A DNA stretch of 64,000 nt from Prorocentrum cordatum (Eukaryota). The stretch covers positions 1-64,000 of the forward strand of contig CAUYUJ010000129.1 in the NCBI GenBank assembly GCA_963575745.1. The letters are read 5' to 3'. The notes below the pieces were generated by a model. That model saw only the letters and a program-made list of their open reading frames with translations, searched no databases and was not told the DNA's origin. Positions 1 through 64,000 of this stretch are shown here, piece after piece; the first letter of the stretch is position 1, and each line of letters starts with the position of its first letter. The position numbers and the translations under genes were made by a program.

Positions 1-123
1 CTCCTCCTCCTCTTCTCCTCCTCCTCGGACCCCTCCATCAGTGCCAGTGCCCCGAGGCGAGGCATCCATCTCCTCCGTCCCTCGCGGGTCTAGACGAGAG
101 ACGACGACTCTCCCCGTGCTAAG

Positions 124-55464
<55,341 letters not shown>

Positions 55465-56027
55465 GACCCCGAGAAGCCTTTCCGCCACCCCTGCCGCTGC
55501 TGCCGCCGCCGCCGCCGCCATGGCCGTCTCCCTCCGCGCCCTCCGGGCAGCCCCACGACGATCTTTCTTGCTGTTTGCCGTGTCATCTCCGGCCTGGCCT
55601 TGCCTGGCCCCCGCCTCCTCCTCCTCCTCCTCCTCCTCCTCCTCCTCCATCTACTCCTCCTCCTCCTCCTCATCCTCCTCCTCCCTCCTCCTCCCTCCTC
55701 TCTCCCTTCCTCCCTCCCTCCATTCCTCCCTCCTCCTCCCTCCCCCCCTCCTCCTCCTCCTCCCCCTCCTCCTCCTCCCTCTCTCCCTCGCTTGCTCCCT
55801 CCCTCCCCCTCGTGCTGCTGCTCCTCCTCTTCCTCGAGGAACGAGCATCGATGCCTTCGATTCTTTCTTGGCCGTCTCGGGCCGCCTCCGAAGGCCTCCG
55901 TGGACCCCGCCGGGGTCTGCGGAGACCATCCAGGGCACTTCGAGAGAGGCCCCGCCCCGCCGCCCGCCAGGGCCCTCCCCAGGCTGGTCTCCCTTCTATT
56001 CTCTCGTGCGACGAGACCGCAGGAGGG

Positions 56028-56127
56028 NNNNNNNNNNNNNNNNNNNNNNNNNNNNNNNNNNNNNNNNNNNNNNNNNNNNNNNNNNNNNNNNNNNNNNNNN
56101 NNNNNNNNNNNNNNNNNNNNNNNNNNN
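56028..56127. other. Assembly gap (100 N)
   Basis: N run. Confidence 1.
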
Positions 56128-59100
56128 ACGGCGAGGGGGGCGGCCGCTCCGCGGCGCGCCGGGCGGGCGACGCAAGCGCGACGGTCCTTCCTGCCGTGGG
56201 GGGTGACAATCCACGAGCATGTTTTAGGTCCAAGACGATTGCCCGTTTCATGGATGAGTGCTCGTCGACGGCAACAGCAGCGCCTGCCGGGCCAGCGACG
56301 AGCGCCCGGGCGCTTGGCGGGAAGTGCCGATCGGCATTGGCAGCGGCTGGCCGCGCCTTCGGGCCGTGGAGTCTCATTGGTCAGATGATCTGTCTCTCGC
56401 CAGCCATGAAATCCGCAATGTGCAGCTGTGGGCCTGGCGCGCCGCGGCGCAGATAGCCCCCCCGAGATGCGCTGCCCGGGCGACTGGTTTGTGCTTGCGC
56501 CAAATGCTCGTTCAACGCTTGCAATTGTGCCCAACGCGTGTGTCAGTGCCGGGTGATGCGCCGGCATGGTCTGCTGTGTCTGGTGCGGGGGTGGACTGGA
56601 GCAGGGCGTGGAATGGTCCACGCGACGACGCTGCGGGGACCTCGCCAACCGTTGGGCGTGCTCCTTCGCTTCAGTTAGCGGGGTCAACGCGCGCGGATTC
56701 AACTGCCGCGTCGTCCAAGACGTCCTGGACGAACAGGGCCCTGGCGGCCTGGAGGGCACCGCCCTCTACCACGGAGCCCGACCAGGAGCTTGCAACAGCG
56801 CTGTAAGCAGGGGGCCGCTACCCCCGAAATCCCCATCTCGCCAGGTGGGGCGCGCGGAGCAGGGGCGCCGTGAGGCGGCGGCGCAGCCGCCGGTCAACGC
56901 CGACGCGCCGAGGCCACCAGGCAACCGCGCGAGCACCAGAGAGGTCGCTCCCATGGTTGGACGCGCTGCCAATCCGGGGCGCCCGCTTCTCAAGGCTGGC
57001 GGACTGGTCCCCTCCTGCCCCGACGATGACATCCTGACCAGCGCTGGGCTGGTCAGAGAGCTCGTGGAACAGCCCTGGAGGCGCATCCTCGCGGGCATCG
57101 CCGAAGAGCAGGGGGGCTGTCCATGCGCGACGCGCCGTGGAACTCCTCGGGCAGACGAATTTACGGCGACGCATCCGGATGGGCGGCGCCGGGCCCACTT
57201 GAGCGGGACGAAGTCGTTGCGCCCGCAGTCTCTTGTCTCCGACGACCTGTCAGGGGCTGGCGACTGCTTCGGTTCGGCATTTCCCGCCAATGGCCGCGCT
57301 GCCAGAAGCCCGGCCCGCGTGCGCAGGGGCCGCTGCGACCTGTCACGCACAAAAGACAGGCCCGCATGGCCAGCTTCTCTGCCCTGGCGCCCGGCGACGC
57401 ATGGCCAAGTCGCGCTCGCGGAGCCGACGCGCAGGGGCCGCAAAGAGCCCAGACAGGGCCCCGCAGCCAGGCCCAGCCAAGCTTGCGCTTTCACGCCCAG
57501 CGCGGCCGTCACCAGACGAGGATGTGACATCCGAAGAGCGGGCGCAGCTCGCGCCCGGGCAGCCTCGCCGCCCGGTGCCAGGCGAGGCTGGCATGGCGAG
57601 GAGCACGGCCGACATGTGGTGAGCAGTCGCCGCGGGGGCGCGGGCCGCCAGCGCCGAGGCGCCGCGAGTCCTGGACGGGGCGCGCCCTCCGCAGACTCGC
57701 CGTCGCGATCGCCGACGAGGGTGGGCCCGCCCAGCCCAGTGGCTCCCTGCGCGGCCGCCGAGGGCGCGACCCAGGGTGATCCGCCAGGGCGCCCCCCGCT
57801 GAGCGGCGCTCGCCAGCGCGTGGGCCATGCTGGCAGTGATCGGCGCTGGAGACTGGGCGCGGCTGCGCCGATTCAGCGCCGAGTACCCCGCCGAACAGGT
57901 GGGGGGCGTGGGGCCGAGGCGCCGCCGACTGGATTACCGCTTCAGAGCGACGCGCCGCGGCGCGAGCCCCAAGTGCCGCGCGCCCAACGAGGGGCGCCAA
58001 TGCACGGCCTCCCGCATTTCAGGTTTCGCGAAGCGGGGTTGGCATCCGCGGAGGAGGAGGCGGCGGCTGCAGAAAGGCGCCTGGCGGCAGCGCCATCGAC
58101 CGGCCGAGCGAGGCACCGAGCTTTGCGGCCCAAGCCAACGGCGGAAGAGTAGCTGCTCGAGCACCAGCTCGGTGGCTGCAGCACGAGCCCGGTTCTCGGG
58201 TGCCAGAGTGCCTGGCATGCCTGCAGATCCATTGGCCGCGGCGGGCCCAACGGCTGCGGGGGCCGCGTCATCCAGACTCCCGCCGGCACAGGAAACCAGA
58301 GAGGTCGCCGCGTTAGCTCGTGTTCCGCACGGCCCGCGCAGTCAGGCTTGCGGTCCGCTGGGGCTCGCTTTGCCCAGCAATGGGCTGGCTGGCCAAGCTG
58401 GCGAGCCGCTGGGCGTGCCCACGATCCACCGGGATCGGGGCCCTCAACTGGTCGGCCTCGACGGCGCGGGCGTGGACTTCGACGCCGACGCGGACGGCCG
58501 CGCCAGCGTGCTCGACGACGTCAAGTGCACCGGCGGCAGCGGCGGGGCTGGGGCGGATTAGCAGGCGTCATAGGCGCGGCGCCGGTCGCGGGGGCCGCGG
58601 CGCCCAAGCGCGGCTATGTGGGCGGCCGCCCCTTGGCTTGCCGTGGCGACGAGGGCGGCGACTGCCCCTCCCGTCGCGCCCGCCGCCGCTGCCGCCTTCG
58701 CGCACGCCGCCGCTGCGGCGCTCCTTCTGGGCCCCTGCAGGACCGTCTCCAAGGAGGGCCCTGCCAGAGGCCACCTCCTACAGGCCCAAACACTGCGGCG
58801 ACGCCGAAAGGCCAGGGGCGACCCCAGCTCCGCAGACGCAGGCGGCCCCCAGACGGCCCGCCTCGCCGGCGCCGGCGACGCCGGCCTGGATGCCAGCTGG
58901 GACGTGCTCGCCAAACTGCGGGTGCACGCGGGGCCGCCATCCTTGCTCTCCAAGGAGCGCGCCTCCCTGCTGGCCGTGCCAGCAGTTTCGCGAGAAGCGT
59001 CGTCAGTTCACTTGGAAACGGAACGTGGCGACCCGTTAGGAGGCGCGGCCTCTCAGGTGGCCACGCCTCGTGCGAAAGGCGCGGATGTGGCGCCGACCGC

Positions 59101-59300
59101 TGGGTTCGGCCCGCGGCCGCTAAGCGCTGCAGGGCGCGCGTCGCTGCGCAAGGAGCGTTCGTGGACCCACCTCCCCGTCCCCGCCGAGATCGCCGCCGCC
59201 CAGCGGAGGTGGAAGACGCGGCGTATTTTGTATCCATGGGCGCCCCATGCGACGCAGAGGATTCGGCATTCCCCGCGCGCCGTCGCCCTCGGGCGGGCGA
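56128..59300 (+). mobile_element. Degenerate non-LTR retrotransposon (RT plus RNase H-like remnants)
   Basis: In expected order: VNARGFN (D..KAFD-like), EQG, CPDDDIL (YxDD-like), AVIG..W..LRR, CTGGSG (TDGS-like), GN..D-like. Heavily decayed. Confidence 0.55.
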
Positions 59301-61635
59301 GCGTCGCGACGGGCTACCCGAACGAGCGGGCTTCACTTGCGGCCGAGACCTTGACTGGGGCCTGCGATACGTGGGTGCTGGCAAAAAGCTCATCGATTAC
59401 GTGCCCCCCAGACAAGAGGGAGACAACTGGTTGCCAATGTTGTCCTTCTGCGCGACCCCCCCGCCGAGCAGTGCGCGGGCCTGCTGGTCTCCCTCGACTT
59501 CGACGTCACCGGACGCCCAACGAGGAGACTGCAAGCTTTGCCCTACGAGCGATAGAGAAGTGCGCAAAGCTTTCGAGGGTTGCATCGCGCCCAGTGCATA
59601 ACCGCGCTCCAGCGAAGCGTCTACCACCTCCCCGAGCGACTTCGTCACGGCCAACGAGAGAGACGCCAAGAGCGCAGCTCCAACGCAAATGGAGCAGAAT
59701 GCAACTCTGGCTGACGCCCGAGCCACGGTCAAACTCACGACGGACACGTGGGAACCATTACTTGGCAGATGCGTCGACGCAGGGCCCTCCTCGGACGACG
59801 CCATCCCAAGGTGGGAGGCTTTCAAGGCGGAGTGCCGCCAGGAACTCCTAGAGCTGGCGCGGACCTGGCCGTTCGCATTGGCAGACGAGGCCGTGGTCAA
59901 TTTCATCGAGGCCCGACCCGCCACCAGGGTCGGGGGCCTGGGCGGGCGGGCCACTAAGAAGCCCAAGCGCTCCCGGACGGAGCCCCCCGCCATTTCGCCA
60001 AAGCGCCGAGGGCACTGTAACGCGCGGGGCAGGTGCCCGTGCCCCGTCTGCACAAGCCGAACCCATGCCGTCGGAGCCGAAGTCGAGTTCTCCACCGACC
60101 AACGTCTGCTCTACGTCCTGTCCATATGGGATGAACACCTGTGAAGCGCTAGCTTGCCGCAGCCTTGCATCCTGGGGGGCCCGCTGGGCCCGCTCTCCAA
60201 GCTTCGGCGCGGTGCCGCGCGCCACCTATCGGGGGCGTCGGCGCGACTCTGGCGCTGCTGGTTGGACGAGCGCGCCAATTCCATGTGCCTCTGACAAGGT
60301 CTGCGCCGGACTGGCAAAAGTGCTTCGACTAACTCGTCGCGGACATCTGCCGCAACCTTGCGTTGCATGCTGGATGTCCGCCAGATTCCGTACAAGTCAG
60401 GCGGCGCCTCTGCGATATCTACCGGCGATGCATTCGCATGTGAAGGGCTTGCTCCAGACCCTTGGCGCGCATCAGTGGACACCTCAAAGAAAGCTCCCTC
60501 TCCTTCGTTGGTATCGAACTCTTCGTGCTTTTGGGCCAAGCGAGAACACCGGTGCGCGTCTCGCTGAGTGAGTTCAACGTTTGACGACGTTAGTGCCAGA
60601 GAGCTCCAAATATCAGTCGAGACAGATTGTTTTCTTCGACCAGTTGTCAGGCCAGACAATCCACCCTGGCAAAGTGGTCTGCTTGGCCGTGGGCGACGAG
60701 CTCCACCGCCAGGTGGCCGCCTTTAAATTGCGCGGTCATCCTCTACCAGGCGAAGCTGGTTGGCAGCTGCATCAACGTTGCACCAGTGGCAGACGACCCC
60801 CGCCTGAACCTAGAGGCCACCGCCGGGCACGACGGGCTGTTGCCAGACCCCGCGAATTTGGCGACTCCCCCAGGGGACCCAAGCGAGGGATTCCTGTTGC
60901 CAGCGCGTGCGCCACTGGCACTGATATCCTAGCTTCCAGCAGGAAAAGAATGCAACAACACGGCTTTCGCCGCCGCCGTAGGTCCCGAAGGGGTATCCTG
61001 GATCTCGAAATGCCCCCTCGGCTCTCGATGTTCCTCGGTGCGCAATCGAATTTGGTGCCATCGCGCAAAGGGGAGCTCTGCTTAGGCTGAAAACGCAAGT
61101 ACGGCACGACACGAGTATCAACGCCATCGCCAGAGAGCTGCACGATCATGCGCGCCCCTTTCAAGGAGGAGGCCCAGTGGGTAGAGTTGTGAACGATGTG
61201 GGGCGTCCGCCTGTCATGGCTACACCTGCTGGGGGGGGGGGGCGTTGTTCGCGCGTGCGCGTCGCGCGTCGCAAAGAGAGCCACTCCTGCTCGCATTCTC
61301 ACCGCTCGACGTTACCTGGGTGCCGTGGATGTGGTCAAACAGGGTTTTGATTATTTTGCCAACGCCTGGCATCTTAGGTCCACAGGTAAGGCTAACTGCG
61401 CAGCGTGGTAATTCGGCTTCATTTGCGCCTACCTGTGCGGGCGTGACAGCACCCAGCAGAGAAAAACCAAGGCCGGCAGCTCTGCTGACCCACCCGAAAG
61501 CCAGGGGCACGCGGCTTGGAAACGCCTCCCGAGCACGGCGTGCAACGCGATCGAACAGACGCCTTCGAGGCAGACGTGGTGGGAGGGCACGAATTGCCGA
61601 GAGGCGCGCATGCAGGACCCCCGTGGGGAAACACT

Positions 61636-61890
61636 GCTCGAATTTTCGAACCTCGAATTATGATGTTCCAACCTACTTTAGCTTTGATCAACAGAAAGAA
61701 TTCCGAGCACCAGCGAAAACACCGAAACTCAAGGGTTTCCACGTCTCGGGCCCTGGGAGGCACTCGCCCGACACTCTTTCGACAGTCTTTCGACACTCTT
61801 TCGACACTTTTCCGGGGTGCTCGAAATGATTTCTGGGGTGTGGTTCTGAAGTACGATGGGAGCAACACAAACCTCGAATTGTATTCGAAC
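61636..61890. mobile_element. Possible decayed MITE with internal (CTTTCGACA..)n repeats
   Basis: Weak terminal inverted similarity and lower GC than the flanks. Confidence 0.35.
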
Positions 61891-62718
61891 GCGCTCCAGA
61901 GGACCGAGGCCAGACGCGCGCCCTTGCTGCCGCCGGCCTCAGATCGGAAGGCATGGCGCCGCGCCGCGCGCGCGCCAAGGCCCCGCGGCTGGTTTTCCTG
62001 CCGCGGCGCAGCCCCAGGAGCAGCTCGCTTCCGGGGCCTCCGCCAAGGGCCTGCGCGCTTCCGCCCCGGGAAGCGGCGCGCCGGGGGGGGGGGACCTCAG
62101 CGGGCTGGCGCCCCCTGTCGCTTCCGAGAGGGGAGCCATGAGCACCGGCACGGGTGGACCTAAACGGTGTTTGGGCGATGGCGCGGGCCGTTATCGTTTC
62201 GGCTTCGTTCAGCGGTGGGGGCGGATGGAAGACGGAACGATGGGAAACGAGAGCCAACGGAAACGAAAGACACCGGTCAGGTTCAGCCCTGATCGCCGGT
62301 GGGAGTTGAATCGGCATGGTCCTTGGCCCCTCCACGAGTCGACTAGACGCAGGAGTGACCTTTCGCCGGAGTGACCATTGGTGCGGGCCCACGGGGGTCC
62401 CCCGATCGCCGCGCTCGTTGCGATATTAGCGTTTTGCGCGCTCGTGTTTGGTCCCCCGGCGGCCCTCACAAAGCCGCGCACCAAAGGGCACTCTTACCCA
62501 GGGTCACTCTTACGCGCAGCCGAACGAGAGCGCACATCCGAAGCATCAGTTCCGAACTCGACGCCCAGCAGAGCGCAGTGCTTCAAGCGGACGCCATCCG
62601 AGGACACGGCGCCCCTTTCGGGATACCTGCCACGGCGCCCGCGGAGGTCGGAAACCAACACCGAGGGGATGTGGACAAGGCCCTTAGCTCTTAAGCTTCG
62701 TGGGGGGGGACTGCCTTA

Positions 62719-62870
62719 GGGGAACAACAAGTGACATAAACATAAAAACTCGGAGGTCCGCGCGGATTTCTCGGATCGGCGCTGGGGCCCCCTGGCGGCG
62801 CCGCCAGCGCCGATCCGAGAAATCCGCGCGGACCTCAGAGTTTTTATGTTTATACCAGTTATTGTTCCCC
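62719..62870. mobile_element. Palindromic MITE, 152 bp, arms about 67 bp, TA TSD
   Basis: TA|ggggaacaa...cataaaaactc.gaggtccgcgcggatttctcggatcggcgctgg and its inverse ...gttcccc|TA. Confidence 0.9.
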
Positions 62871-62879
62871 TATGCCTGA

Positions 62880-64000
62880 CGCGGCGTGACCCCGAAAACC
62901 TAGAATCTTCCTCATCCAGAAGGTGTTGCGGATCCGAGACCAGCTGCCCCTCGGCCGAGAGCGTGGTAGTTGGGCGCCGCGCCAGAGGGGCTTGAATTCC
63001 AGAGTGGGCATCCTCAGCTTTGTGATCAAGCTTATCAATCGGCCACGCGTTCCAGTTTTTCTTTACGACCTTTTGGTAGTTCTTGCTGCAGGCCGCGAGA
63101 ACCCCGCGCTGCCTGTCAAACAAACGAAGCCAACATGCAAGAACTAAACGCCCCCCTCGTTCGAAGCTGCAAAGAAACGCGGCGACCGATTTCGTCTGAG
63201 AAACCGCGCCCGATAACGGCATCGGCGTGTGTCGGGTGCCCAAGGGAAGCAACTGGTCTTCCCCAGGCTCATGGCTTGGATCCTTCAAACGGTCACGCTC
63301 GGCGCAGTCGAGGAATTCGCCGGGAGCATTCACTTGCGCCTCTCTCGCCTGAGGCGTCATAAGAAATTGGCGGGAGTCCAGGACGGCAGAGCGCGGCTGG
63401 TCTTCACAGCCAGACGCCAATTCTGGCTGAGCATCGCAGTGAGCCTGAGGACCCGAGGAGGAGGGGCCCTCTAGATTCGACATCATATCAACGTTCAAGT
63501 AAATAGCCCTTTATCAGAGGTTTCCCCGAAAGCACTGTCGGCACTAGTAGTCGAGACAACAGGCTGACCAACCCTCCTCTCCTTCCACGCATTTTTCAAG
63601 AACTTTCTTGATGGCCTGATCGTGGGCAAGGTTGTTCCCCTTAAGCTGCTTGGGGACCCAACTTGAACAGAGGATTGCGGCAAAAGCGTCCTCAACCATT
63701 CGGTCCTGAGAGGCAGGGAGTTCACCTCGAATTTGCGAAGGCCTTGAAGCGGGAACACACCCACCTCATGGCCCTCAGCTCGGGATAGCGGCAAGTCTTG
63801 TTGTCCTTCCTCACAGTGGATTTACACACAACCGGCGGACCCTTACCCTTGGACCCCAAGACCGCCAGGTTCTCCCCCAATCTAGTGACCAACGCTCCTT
63901 CGGAACGGTCGGCCCACTGTTTGTCGGCAAGGTTGAGGTTCCTGGAAACTTCTGCAGCATCATCAGACTGTAAGAGCTGTTCCATATTTGTCCCAAGGAA
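62880..64000 (-). mobile_element. Possible LINE fragment (EN-RT linker-like), frameshifted
   Basis: Overlapping minus-strand ORF pieces (QWADRSE...GKGPP, NWNAWPIDKL). No catalytic motif seen. Confidence 0.3.

Overview
This is eukaryotic, GC-rich, microsatellite-laden genomic DNA with dinoflagellate hallmarks: GC/GA splice donors and a relic DinoSL spliced leader. A core dinoflagellate such as Prorocentrum is an inference. Nearly all ORF-track entries are repeat artefacts. (1) The backbone is one + strand alveolin/IMC1-type gene split into at least 14 micro-exons (30-96 nt) across 124-55464. Spliced, these give about 288 aa with eight consecutive exact 32-aa repeats, some His-rich. (2) The 17.4-kb intron 22954-40321 holds a head-to-tail array of about 8 elements (23578-34510) sharing a conserved junction and variable (GTT)n tracts. 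One enlarged unit carries a nested gene of about 430 aa (30354-31721) with a relic spliced leader, a 75-nt hairpin intron and tandem HTH-like repeats. (3) There are degenerate non-LTR retrotransposons (about 40850-45760, 56128-59300, possibly 62880-64000 minus), several MITEs with TIRs and TSDs, a 77-bp satellite, large simple-repeat blocks and two 100-N gaps. No rRNA, tRNA or CRISPR is supported.
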